From IMG/VR virus record IMGVR_UViG_3300013923_000004, positions 1 through 64,000 of that record: DNA of 64,000 nt; one strand, given 5' to 3'. Below are positions 49,453-58,261 of this stretch, one piece after another. The position numbers were made by a program, and so were the translations under genes. Position 1 is the stretch's first letter. The number at the start of each line of letters is the position of its first letter. Source of the stretch: an uncultured virus (IMG/VR IMGVR_UViG_3300013923_000004). Taxonomy: Duplodnaviria > Heunggongvirae > Uroviricota > Caudoviricetes. The notes beneath the pieces were generated by a model. The model was not told where the DNA came from and ran no database searches. It was given only the letters and a program-made list of their open reading frames with translations.

Positions 49453-50850
49453 TTAGTGACGGAACGACGTGGTGACCTGAGCACGGGTGGTGTCCTCGGT
49501 CGGGGTAGTGGTCTGCTGACCAATCTTGAATCGCTTGGCCATGTCGCCCTGCAGCTCATTGAACTGGGCGACGACCTCGGCAGCGGTGCTCTTGGCCTCT
49601 TTCGGGCGCTGCAGCGCGGCCTGAAGGTTGCCTACGGCGACCTGGGCGACGGTCAGCAGCGAAGCCATCTGAGCGTCACGGCCTGCCAGCGCCTGCTGCA
49701 GGGTGGCGTTGTCGGCCTCGGCAGCTTCCAGCTTGGCTTCCAGTCGGCCGATCTCTTTCATCAGCGCCATGGGGTCAGTGCTGGCCTCAGCGGCCGGCTT
49801 TTCAGGCTCTTCGGCTTCCGGCTCGTCGCCGCCTTCGCCGTTGCCTTCGTTGGCCTCGGGCTCAGGGGTTTCGAGGCTCGCCTCGTATTGCTTGAGCTCT
49901 TCCGCGGTCAGGACCGTTTTCGGGTCGGCGCCGGCCGCAATCTGAGCCAGTTTTTCAGCAGAGATGTTCATCTCGAATCTCCGGGGGTCACTGGTGGTGG
50001 TTGTGGAAGCGGCGCTTCCGATGAGATCGGCCAGAGTGGTAACTCGGTCGATCAGTCCTACCGCAAGCGCTTCTTCAGCGAAGAAGGTCTTGCCCTCTGC
50101 CCAACGATCGCGTTCGCTCATCATCAGGTTTCGGTTGCGGGATACGTGCTCGAGGAAGAACTTGTTGGTCTTCTCGAGGTTTTCCTGGATGTACGCCTTG
50201 GCCTTGTCGTCCAGGGTCTCGTAGGGCAGGCCCAATGCCTTGAACTCGCCGGCGCGGAAGACGTGGTACTCGATGCCTTCCTTCTCAGCAGCCTTGACGT
50301 AGGTCGACAGGACCATGAGCGTGCCGATGGAGCCGACCTCAGCCATGCGAGAGGCAGTGACCCGTCGCGCGGTGCAGGCCAGCCAGTAGCCGGCGGAAAA
50401 GGAGTGCGAATCGGTGTGGGCGTAGACCGGCTTGCGGGCATCCACCCGGCGGATCGTCTCAGACATCACGTCCAGGCCACGGACGACGCCGCCGCCGGTG
50501 GCGAAATCCATCAGGATCTCAGTGATGCCTTCTCCGTTGGCCGCGATCTGCAGCGCGTCGGCCAGCGCTTCGTAGCTGGTAACCTGGCCGGCGAGGTACT
50601 CGTGCCACCAACGGTGCGTGTTGGTCAGCGAGCCATGTACCTTGACGACGGCGATGTTGCCGATACGCTCGAGCAGGTAGAGGCCCTTGCGGTCGCTGTA
50701 GACGTTGAAGTCCTTGTCCAGGGACGGGCGGCCGTCTTCGTCTTCGTCGTAGGCCAGCTTCTCCGGCGGTTGGCCGGCGTACATCGCCTCGAAGCGATCG
50801 AGCTCAGCCAGCGCCTCTTCGGTGCCCAGCCAGGTTCGGAAACCCTTCAT
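49453..50850 (-). CDS. S49-family prohead protease with C-terminal scaffold
   Basis: TGGG, SAGYWLA, VGSIG, AVGLIDRV; acidic coiled-coil C-terminus. Confidence 0.9.
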   Translation of the reverse strand: MKGFRTWLGTEEALAELDRFEAMYAGQPPEKLAYDEDEDGRPSLDKDFNVYSDRKGLYLLERIGNIAVVKVHGSLTNTHRWWHEYLAGQVTSYEALADALQIAANGEGITEILMDFATGGGVVRGLDVMSETIRRVDARKPVYAHTDSHSFSAGYWLACTARRVTASRMAEVGSIGTLMVLSTYVKAAEKEGIEYHVFRAGEFKALGLPYETLDDKAKAYIQENLEKTNKFFLEHVSRNRNLMMSERDRWAEGKTFFAEEALAVGLIDRVTTLADLIGSAASTTTTSDPRRFEMNISAEKLAQIAAGADPKTVLTAEELKQYEASLETPEPEANEGNGEGGDEPEAEEPEKPAAEASTDPMALMKEIGRLEAKLEAAEADNATLQQALAGRDAQMASLLTVAQVAVGNLQAALQRPKEAKSTAAEVVAQFNELQGDMAKRFKIGQQTTTPTEDTTRAQVTTSFRH

Positions 50851-50914
50851 ATCGTCTCCTTGGAGATGCTTTCGCCAAACCCAACCGGGGCGAGGCCTTG
50901 GTAGTCGTCACGGG

Positions 50915-52372
50915 TCATTGGTCGTCGCCCCCGGATTTGCTCGGAGTGCCTGGGTTCAGCGCGCGGCCGGTCGAACTCTCACGCTCACCTTCTCCGGTCG
51001 GCGCGGATTTGCCGTAGAAGCCGGTACCGGCCAGCAACCCGATGAGCCCTTGTGGGCGCACGCCGAGCTGGTAGCAGGCCTCTGCATCGTTGATCAGGCC
51101 GTGGCTGAGCAGCTCAAGCACGCGCTTCTGCTTGGTGCCTTTGTAGGCTTCCAGCTCTTCCTCCGGACGGAGGTTCACTGGCAGGAATTCGAAGTAGACA
51201 TGGCCTTCTACACCGAGCAGGCGCACTGCCAGGGTCAGGGCTCGGCTCATTACCTCTTCCACAGGTGGGCGGGCTGCCTCGACCACTTTGAGGTAGATCA
51301 GCGTCTCGGCGTTGGAGAGCCCCTGTCCGCCGGCGGCACGCAGGCCGCTGACCGACGCCGGCGTCTTCAGCGAGGCTCCGAGCAGGTTGCCCAGCGTAGT
51401 CAGCATCGGGCTGTAGTCAGCCTTGCTGCCACCGGTGTCCTTGACCTCGTACTCAACCGAGTCGTAGGCGACCAGGGCGTCTTCAGGCTCCAACCCTTCG
51501 AGAGCTTCCTCGACTTGGGTGCGGACCTGATTGAAGAACTCGTTCCGCTTGGCAGGGTCGTTCTTGACCTGGTCAGGCGCCGCGGCGAGGACCTTCTCGC
51601 TGAGCAGCTTCGCCACCAGGCGGCTATGCCCAGTGCGGTTCACTGCGCGGTTGGTGTCCTCAAGGAACTCGTTGAAGTTGATCGTGTGCGTCAGGCCGGG
51701 CCGGAGCAGGCTCACCGCATATGCCTCGTCGGCGTTGCGGTTGTGCTCGGCGATGAATACGGTCGGCAGGTTCAGGTCGATCTTGCCGTTGTCCTGCGTC
51801 GGGTAGCGCCCGCCCTTGCCGTCGGCCTCCCACTGGATTGTGGAGTAGCCAACAGGGACCAGCCGCTCCGGGCCAAACGTCTTGTCCAGTACCAGCTCGA
51901 CACCGCAGCCGCCGGTGCCGATCACATCGATCTGCAGGGTGGTCAGCAGGGACTGCATGCCCGGCTTATCGTTGAAGCCCTGGCTGTAGTCGTGCAGCGT
52001 GCTCAGGCGGTCCAGCAGCGAGTAGGCGGTGCCCATCACTGCCAGGTCCATCGCCCCTTCTGCGTTGTAGCAGGCCAGGCGATAGCCACTGTTGGCTGCC
52101 AATGCCACCATGCTGTTGGCTGCCGAGCTGAAGAGGCCGTCCTCACGCATCAGTGTGCGGATGATGTCGTTGACATCGGACCGCTCACGGATATCGCGGA
52201 TCGCCTTCGAAACGTACTGGTTGAGTTCGTTTCGGATCGACTGACCCCGGTCGAAGTCGGATCCTGGGCGCTTCGCTCTGGCCTTACCTGCGAGGTTTCT
52301 CGTAGGCAGCACAACATTCGAACCAGCTTGCTGGTACCGAGATGAGGCCGAACCTGGTGAGCGTTTCGCCAT
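50915..52372 (-). CDS. Portal protein
   Basis: 485 aa between terminase and protease. Confidence 0.8.
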   Translation of the reverse strand: MAKRSPGSASSRYQQAGSNVVLPTRNLAGKARAKRPGSDFDRGQSIRNELNQYVSKAIRDIRERSDVNDIIRTLMREDGLFSSAANSMVALAANSGYRLACYNAEGAMDLAVMGTAYSLLDRLSTLHDYSQGFNDKPGMQSLLTTLQIDVIGTGGCGVELVLDKTFGPERLVPVGYSTIQWEADGKGGRYPTQDNGKIDLNLPTVFIAEHNRNADEAYAVSLLRPGLTHTINFNEFLEDTNRAVNRTGHSRLVAKLLSEKVLAAAPDQVKNDPAKRNEFFNQVRTQVEEALEGLEPEDALVAYDSVEYEVKDTGGSKADYSPMLTTLGNLLGASLKTPASVSGLRAAGGQGLSNAETLIYLKVVEAARPPVEEVMSRALTLAVRLLGVEGHVYFEFLPVNLRPEEELEAYKGTKQKRVLELLSHGLINDAEACYQLGVRPQGLIGLLAGTGFYGKSAPTGEGERESSTGRALNPGTPSKSGGDDQ

Positions 52373-52375
52373 TAA

Positions 52376-52435
52376 CTGTATTTACAGGTTTACAGGAATT
52401 GGGCGGATTATTGTGGATGTAACCCCTTGACGCAA
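52376..52435 (-). promoter_or_regulatory. Putative portal-operon promoter with downstream motif copy
   Basis: TTGCGT-N17-AATAAT on - strand (52435-52407); motif CTGTATTTACAGGTTTACAG at 52376-52395. Confidence 0.55.
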
Positions 52436-52515
52436 TAGGCTATTTTACCCTGGGGGGTTGCCTGAAATGGCGGATTGCCGCTACCCTCAGAAATCACAGG
52501 GATAAGGTGCGAAGC

Positions 52516-52821
52516 ATGCGCAAAATTATTTTCACTGCCGCGGCGCTGCTGGCTTTGACAGCGTGCAAAGACGAGACAGATAGCCGCCTGATGGACGCCG
52601 CGAAGAACACGAACTTCATCGGCAACCCGAGCAGCGTGCAGTTCAGGAACGTCGCCGACGGTGCGCCCGGCGTCGTATGCGGAGATGTGAAGTACCAGAC
52701 GGCGGACGGCCGCTGGGCTGAGTGGGCACCTTTCATCCTCCAGGCGAAGGTGATCGAGCTGCGTGACCGCTATAGCGATTCGCCGGTGGACGAGCTCAAC
52801 GAGAAGCTGTGCAACCCTTGA
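52516..52821 (+). CDS. Lipoprotein moron, inverted relative to the head genes
   Basis: Signal peptide MRKIIFTAAALLALTAC; NPSSVQFRNV..VCGDV. Confidence 0.8.
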   Translation: MRKIIFTAAALLALTACKDETDSRLMDAAKNTNFIGNPSSVQFRNVADGAPGVVCGDVKYQTADGRWAEWAPFILQAKVIELRDRYSDSPVDELNEKLCNP

Positions 52822-54558
52822 TCACCAGCCGGTCCTGGCCACTGGCTTGTTGCCGGCGTTGCTCCCAACCTTGACCTTTCCAACGCTCGGCGGCGCCGAG
52901 ATAATCGCCGACAGGCCGAGGTCCTCGACCAGCAGCGCTGCGACGTTGGCATAGTTCAGGGCATGCACCCAGTGGTCGGTATCGTTGGTCTTGATGAACC
53001 GCTCGACCATCTCCCCGTCCGGCCCTTTCGCGCGAATCTTCTTGGTGGTCTTGAGGTGCTCGAAGATCTCCTTGGTGATCTCCTCGCGCATCGGGTAGTG
53101 AATCTCTCCTGCGTTGTGCTTGTTCAGCAGCAGCGATAGCGTCTTCGTCCGATCCGCGTTTACCACCATCCCGTCGGCCTTCTCGTCTATCGGCAGAATG
53201 CCGCTGACCTTGCCGACGTAGACCACGGCGCGGATACCCTGCCGGGCGCCGACCAGGCTGTTGACCAGGGTGATGTCTGGCCCGGCGTCGATGCACAGCA
53301 TGGCCATGCGGAAGTAGTCGTAGCGCTCGATCACCTGGCCGGTCGCCGGATTCTCCCGGGTGTTGTGAATCTTCTCGGCCCAGACGACGTGCCAGTGGCG
53401 GCCAACCTTCGCCTTGACGACGAAGTGGCAGACTTTGCCGATGTCCATGCCGCCGATGGTCTGGCAGGTCACTGCCCACTGCTTGTATATCCACAGATCG
53501 ACGTCGCTGACCCGCTTGCGGTGCTCGTCGGTTACCGTGAAGTTGTTCTCGGCGTCGCTGTGAGGCAACCCGATGACGAAGTTGTAGAAGTCGCTGCGCA
53601 GCGGGTAGTCACCCATCTGCTTGATGATCGCCGGCGGCGTGTTGTACTTGGGCACGTCCCAGGGGAATACCTGGTAGCTGTGGTCCCATACGTCCGGCCG
53701 TTTGGCCACCCACTGGCGGCGATCGGGGTTGAGCAGTGCCTGCTGCAGGTCTTTGCCGCAGCATGGGCACTTGATGTACGACTCCTGGATACGGAAACGC
53801 GGATCGCTGACGTCCTCGCGGCCGAATTTGACGATGCTGTCGTCGAACCCCGGGACGATGAAGTCATGGTCGAAGTCAGGGAGAACCCACTGCTTGCAGC
53901 CCAGGCACTTGACCATGTAGTGCATCTGGTTGCCAGCGAGGAAGCCCTTGTTCACGCCGTAGTCGTCAACGGTCGGAGTCGAGAAACGCATCCGCATGCC
54001 ACGGTTGCCCATCTCGTCCACCATGCTGGCGTGGCGCAGGCGGGAGTTCAGCTTGCCGAGCACGACCTCGTTGGAGAAGTCCACTTCGTCGCTGATCACC
54101 ACTTCGGCCGGCACCGAGATCGCGCTGTTGGCACCGAACGAGCCGGTGATATACAGCGTGCAGGTGCCGATCTTCTTCTGGCTCGCGCTGTTGCTGGCCT
54201 TGTGGACCAACCCGCTGTAGAAGTCTGAGCTGTCGATCGCAGTGTCGAAGCGGTCCTTGGAGAACGGCATCGCCATATCGCGGGTCGGCAGCGTGAAGAT
54301 GATCCGGATGTGCTTCATCGTGGCACCCATGGCGATGGTCTTCTGAACCATCACCTCGGAGAGGCCCACCTGGGAGCACTTCTGGACATCGATTCGAGCG
54401 CTGGTGTCTCGAATGATCTCTTGCTGGAACTCGTGGTCCTTGAAAGAGTACGGCTTCCCGTTGACTCGGCCGTACTTGAGTACGACCTTGTCCAGCTCAC
54501 GCATCCCTTCCTCGCGGTTGAGCTGCATCCTGAGTCTACTAGCCGCAGAAGCCGTCAT
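52822..54558 (-). CDS. Terminase large subunit, lambda gpA-like
   Basis: QKCSQVGLSE, ISDEVD, FSTPT, two CxxC pairs, GMDIG, DHWVHALNYA. Confidence 0.92.
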   Translation of the reverse strand: MTASAASRLRMQLNREEGMRELDKVVLKYGRVNGKPYSFKDHEFQQEIIRDTSARIDVQKCSQVGLSEVMVQKTIAMGATMKHIRIIFTLPTRDMAMPFSKDRFDTAIDSSDFYSGLVHKASNSASQKKIGTCTLYITGSFGANSAISVPAEVVISDEVDFSNEVVLGKLNSRLRHASMVDEMGNRGMRMRFSTPTVDDYGVNKGFLAGNQMHYMVKCLGCKQWVLPDFDHDFIVPGFDDSIVKFGREDVSDPRFRIQESYIKCPCCGKDLQQALLNPDRRQWVAKRPDVWDHSYQVFPWDVPKYNTPPAIIKQMGDYPLRSDFYNFVIGLPHSDAENNFTVTDEHRKRVSDVDLWIYKQWAVTCQTIGGMDIGKVCHFVVKAKVGRHWHVVWAEKIHNTRENPATGQVIERYDYFRMAMLCIDAGPDITLVNSLVGARQGIRAVVYVGKVSGILPIDEKADGMVVNADRTKTLSLLLNKHNAGEIHYPMREEITKEIFEHLKTTKKIRAKGPDGEMVERFIKTNDTDHWVHALNYANVAALLVEDLGLSAIISAPPSVGKVKVGSNAGNKPVARTGW

Positions 54559-54573
54559 CTCGTTCCCGCCTCC

Positions 54574-54801
54574 TTACATCTGTGTTGCTGGCAGCTCCTG
54601 GGCCGGCACCACGCTCACCGGTAGGTGCACGTCGAACGCTCGCTCCAGGGAGTCGATAAACAGCAGGGCCATGCGGGCACCTGTATTTGCGATTTGGTCT
54701 ACCAATCGGCTGCCTGTGTCCGCTGTCCAGGTCCCTTCCGGGGAGACGCGAATCGGCAGAAAACCGAACATCAGGTACTTTTCCATCGTGTTGCATTCCA
54801 A
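54574..54801 (-). CDS. Hypothetical protein
   Basis: ORF upstream of terL; start uncertain. Confidence 0.45.
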   Translation of the reverse strand: MECNTMEKYLMFGFLPIRVSPEGTWTADTGSRLVDQIANTGARMALLFIDSLERAFDVHLPVSVVPAQELPATQM

Positions 54802-55001
54802 GTTGTGAAAGTCAGATCTGTGCCCGCAAGGCTGCCTTGTGATGTCTTTTTGACATTATGGTTATCGGCGGGAGCAGATGATGCTCTGGCGCCTTTATTT
54901 TGTCACACTGCGAAATGTCCACTTTTCGTACAGGCTGCTATATGAGCCTGCTGTAATCGCTGTTATTTCAGCAGAAATCGCGGATTAATCCTTTCGTCGG
55001 A

Positions 55002-55553
55002 TCAGCTTTCCCCCATCTCAATTCGCTCCAACTCCGCTAGTAACGCCTCTTGCTGCGGCCTGGTCAGGTGCGACTCCATGACGCGGCGCAGCGCCTCCTC
55101 CTGTTTCTGGATTCGGTCGATCGTGTAGATCTTTGGCAGGTCGCGGACCATCACCTGGGTCACCTTCAGCGACAGGTTCATGGCGTCCTTCAGCGGGATG
55201 TCGTAGTCCTCGGCGGTGGCCGTGACTGTGCCATCCGGGTTCACGATCCGGCGCAGTACGGTGTCGACCAGCTGGATCTGCTGCTTGAACGTCATCAGGA
55301 CACTGGCCTCGAGGCCGGCGATCTTGGCCACCATGTCGCGGCGCGCAGACGGGCTCATCGCATCGATGATCGATCGTTGGATGTCCGAGGACAGCATGTC
55401 CTGCCGCAGTGCTCCGATGACGTCCTGCACGGCCCGGTGGAGGCTGGGGTCGTCGCCCAGCTCGTCACTGCGGCCGTACGGCGTGAGGTCAGTGTGTGGG
55501 TTGACCTGGCGCCGGCTGCGGGATTCGTCGGTGGTGTCGGGGCGGTTCAGCAT
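55002..55553 (-). CDS. Putative terminase small subunit
   Basis: Helical 183-aa ORF upstream of terL; positional inference. Confidence 0.5.
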   Translation of the reverse strand: MLNRPDTTDESRSRRQVNPHTDLTPYGRSDELGDDPSLHRAVQDVIGALRQDMLSSDIQRSIIDAMSPSARRDMVAKIAGLEASVLMTFKQQIQLVDTVLRRIVNPDGTVTATAEDYDIPLKDAMNLSLKVTQVMVRDLPKIYTIDRIQKQEEALRRVMESHLTRPQQEALLAELERIEMGES

Positions 55554-55590
55554 CTACCACCGCCGATGATCAGGCAGAAATTCTCGGGGG

Positions 55591-55791
55591 TCATTGGTCC
55601 GCGTCCTTCGCAGCGTCTGTGCTGCCGTCGCTGTAGGTGGTGCAGCTGCCGTCGCTGTAGGTGGTGCAGCTGCCGTCGCTGTAGGTGGCGCAGCGGCAGG
55701 CCGACTCCAGCTCCTGGAGGGCCTTTCGCATCAGGAGCCATGCGGCTATGCCGGTCGCGCCGACACAGCTGAGCAGGATGACTACGCCCAC
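55591..55791 (-). CDS. Small membrane protein with Cys-containing repeats
   Basis: N-terminal TM followed by (C-T/A-TYSDGS) x3. Confidence 0.5.
   Translation of the reverse strand: MGVVILLSCVGATGIAAWLLMRKALQELESACRCATYSDGSCTTYSDGSCTTYSDGSTDAAKDADQ
55621..55692. repeat. 24-bp tandem repeat x3
   Basis: GCTGCCGTCGCTGTAGGTGGYGCA. Confidence 0.9.
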
Positions 55792-56073
55792 TTACGCCTC
55801 GACGCGGGTCTGGTCGGGGTTGGCGCTGTAGGTCAGGACGGTGCGGGCAGGTACTTGCACTTCGTGGCCGACTACGCCGCCTTTGACCAGGCGAGCTGCG
55901 TAACGGCGGGCGCGGAACTTGCCGAAGCCGCGCAGGGTGAGGTGGCCCTTGTCGAAGGTCAGCTTGCTGATGCCGGCCAGGGTGGCTTCGACGGCTTCCT
56001 TGGCAGCTGTTTTGGTCAGGCCAGTGACGCTGGCGACTTCGGCGACGAGGTCTTTCTTGGTGGCGTAGCTCAT
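55792..56073 (-). CDS. HU/IHF-family DNA-binding protein
   Basis: TKKDLVAEVA..GLTK, LRGFGKF, VPART. Confidence 0.9.
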   Translation of the reverse strand: MSYATKKDLVAEVASVTGLTKTAAKEAVEATLAGISKLTFDKGHLTLRGFGKFRARRYAARLVKGGVVGHEVQVPARTVLTYSANPDQTRVEA

Positions 56074-56349
56074 TGAGGACTCCGATCTGGTGTGATTTCA
56101 GGCTGTGAACCTGTAAACCTGTATTTGAAGATTCGGAGGGTAGTCAGCGAGGAGGCCGTTGTAAAGCCTGACTGTGCAACTTTTAGCGAACACCGGCGAA
56201 TTACTGTGATAACAACATAATCACATACGGAATTTGCAAAAATTTTGCTCGCGGAGGTAGGCGGGCTGCCTGGAGGTTCTATAACCAAAAAGATGGGGCG
56301 GGGATATGTTCTTATGCTTTTATATTCTTAGCTTTTCCATGCTTGGCGC

Positions 56350-56378
56350 TTGTTTCTATCGTTTTGCTTGCGTATAGT
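56350..56378 (+). promoter_or_regulatory. sigma70 early promoter
   Basis: TTGTTT-N17-TATAGT in AT-rich context. Confidence 0.65.
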
Positions 56379-56384
56379 TCGTCT

Positions 56385-57010
56385 CGTGGTCAGGCATTTA
56401 CTGATGGCCACCGGGGCTGGCTCCATCGCCCCGCGCGGCTCGCCTTGCGCTTGCCTCGACCGTTCTTTAAACCTGCTAGCTTGCCGCTCTGACCGAGCGG
56501 CGCATATTGAGTCACGACGGCGCAGCTTGCGCCGTTGCGGATAGTCTCGCCCATTGTCTGACAAGGGCTGGCGCTACCACTATCGGGCGAACTTTCGGCG
56601 ACACTGGCGCCGATTGCCGATAGTGGAACCAAAGCGCAAGAGACGACACGCCAGACGATATGCGCCCCGGCGGGCACGGCGCCCCTGCTTTGCAGCCTAC
56701 GGGCATGCAGGGCGGAGCCTTGCCTGACGACCGAAACGACGGCCTGCTCTGCATTGGGCAACCTGTATTTACAGGTTGCCGGATCATTAACAATTCAACG
56801 CTCCGACCCTCGATCTGCGCCCCCCTTGCGCCTTTTGTGTGTCGCTCGCCTGCTATCGCTGCCAGTGTCGGCAATAGCGCCAAAGTCGAGCGGCGCACGG
56901 CGCCCCGAACGGGCCCTATCGACCGGAGCAAGGAAACGAACCCAGCGGCTGCGATGGCAGCCGCTGGAATAGTACCTTCGACAATGCGCCGGATTGGCCG
57001 GCGCATTGCA
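56385..57010 (+). ncRNA. Candidate structured RNA or long 5' leader
   Basis: At least 8 stem-loops, a long-range 10-bp pairing, two boxA-like sites, no convincing ORF. Confidence 0.45.
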
Positions 57011-57039
57011 GAAAGTATTCAAGAATAGGGGAATTCACT

Positions 57040-57756
57040 ATGTCCAAAGCCAATAAAGCAACCATCACCGTCCGCGGCAAAGTCATCACCGCCCAGCAAG
57101 TCGCAGCCTTTGGCAAGTCGCTGGCCAATCAATCCGAGGCGATCACCGTATGGGCGAATTACTGCGCGATTCACGCGGTCGCTCATCACAACATCGAGCC
57201 GTTGAATGCCATGCTGCAAAACGGCGCCTTTCGCCTGACCACTGGCAAGCTGTCGAAGTTGGGCGGAGAAGTGGCCGCGTATATCAAAGCGCACGCGCCA
57301 CAAGTCCAGCTCGACGCTAAAACCGGCCGCTATATCGTCGCCAGGATGAAGGCTGATAATCCGCGTTTTCAAAAGTTTGCCAATCCGGCGAACCTAGACG
57401 GCGACGGCAAACCGGCCATTGTCGAGGCCGCCGACTTCGCCCTGACCTTCGACGAATGGCGCACACTGGAAAAGGCGGAAAAGGAACAAAAGCCGGTCAC
57501 CTTGAAAGCGGCGACCGTCACTGGCCAGATTGGCAAAGTATTGGAAGCGATCCAACAAAAGCGCCTGTCTGCCAGCGTCGAGGAGGCCGATACACTTCTG
57601 GCCGACGTGCTCAAGCTGCAGGCCGAACTGGTCAGCCTGACCGCCAAGCTGAAAGCCGACGCTGAGCCGGTAGACACCGCCAAAGTGTCCGAGCTGCTGA
57701 AAAGCGGTCAGGCTGGCAAGTCGAAGCGCGCCGGTGGCAAAGTCGAGGCCGTTTAA
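57040..57756 (+). CDS. Early hypothetical protein
   Basis: GGGGA RBS; 238 aa, Lys/Ala-rich. Confidence 0.8.
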   Translation: MSKANKATITVRGKVITAQQVAAFGKSLANQSEAITVWANYCAIHAVAHHNIEPLNAMLQNGAFRLTTGKLSKLGGEVAAYIKAHAPQVQLDAKTGRYIVARMKADNPRFQKFANPANLDGDGKPAIVEAADFALTFDEWRTLEKAEKEQKPVTLKAATVTGQIGKVLEAIQQKRLSASVEEADTLLADVLKLQAELVSLTAKLKADAEPVDTAKVSELLKSGQAGKSKRAGGKVEAV

Positions 57757-57816
57757 ACTCGCCCATTAACCTGTAAATAAGGGCGCCCCGAACGGGGCGC
57801 CGTTGGAGTTCACACG

Positions 57817-58032
57817 ATGAAACTAGCCGCAATCCGCGAAGTGGTCCGCGACGCCAAGGGGGGCGCCCGGACCATCGGCGCCCTTTTCGAAGTGTGCGCC
57901 GCCGATCTGGCGCTGGACCGGGCGCTGGCAGCCGGCGACCGGCTGGCGGCCCGCGCCGGGCTTGCCGGTCTGGCCAAGGCCGCCGGCTGGCGTCCGCTCG
58001 ACGCCCGGTCACTGTCCTGGCTGACCACCTAA
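57817..58032 (+). CDS. Hypothetical protein
   Basis: GGAG RBS; followed by a terminator. Confidence 0.6.
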   Translation: MKLAAIREVVRDAKGGARTIGALFEVCAADLALDRALAAGDRLAARAGLAGLAKAAGWRPLDARSLSWLTT

Positions 58033-58058
58033 GCCGCCTTCGGGCGGCTTTTTCTTTT
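58031..58058 (+). terminator. Rho-independent terminator
   Basis: AAGCCGCC-TTCG-GGCGGCTT followed by TTTCTTTT. Confidence 0.9.
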
Positions 58059-58101
58059 CGCGCGCGCGCGTGCACGCACATTCGCGCGCCGCGCCCTGGA
58101 G

Positions 58102-58188
58102 AAAGCCGCCGAAAGGCCGCTGAAAAAGTTCTGAAAATTCCGGCAAAAGTACCGGAAAATACCGGCAATAGAGCCGAAACCACCAAAA
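58102..58188. other. Phased A-tract array (intrinsically curved DNA)
   Basis: A-tracts start at 58102, 58112, 58123, 58134, 58145, 58156, 58167, 58177, 58185. Confidence 0.75.
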
Positions 58189-58261
58189 CGCCGGCAGTTT
58201 CACCCAATAGGTGACGGGAACCTCACCGCCAGAACCGGCTCACACCTGAAGGAATCACGCC

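Noticed and set aside
49051..52345. Long plus-strand ORFs (617 and 507 aa)
   Set aside because: Antisense shadows of protease, decoration and portal genes
56724..56737. Hammerhead ribozyme core CTGACGA-CC-GAAAC
   Set aside because: Only 2 nt where stem II should be, and no stem III/NUH partner found
56328..57028. Short ORFs listed in this interval
   Set aside because: No RBS, atypical composition, mutually overlapping; better explained as structured non-coding sequence
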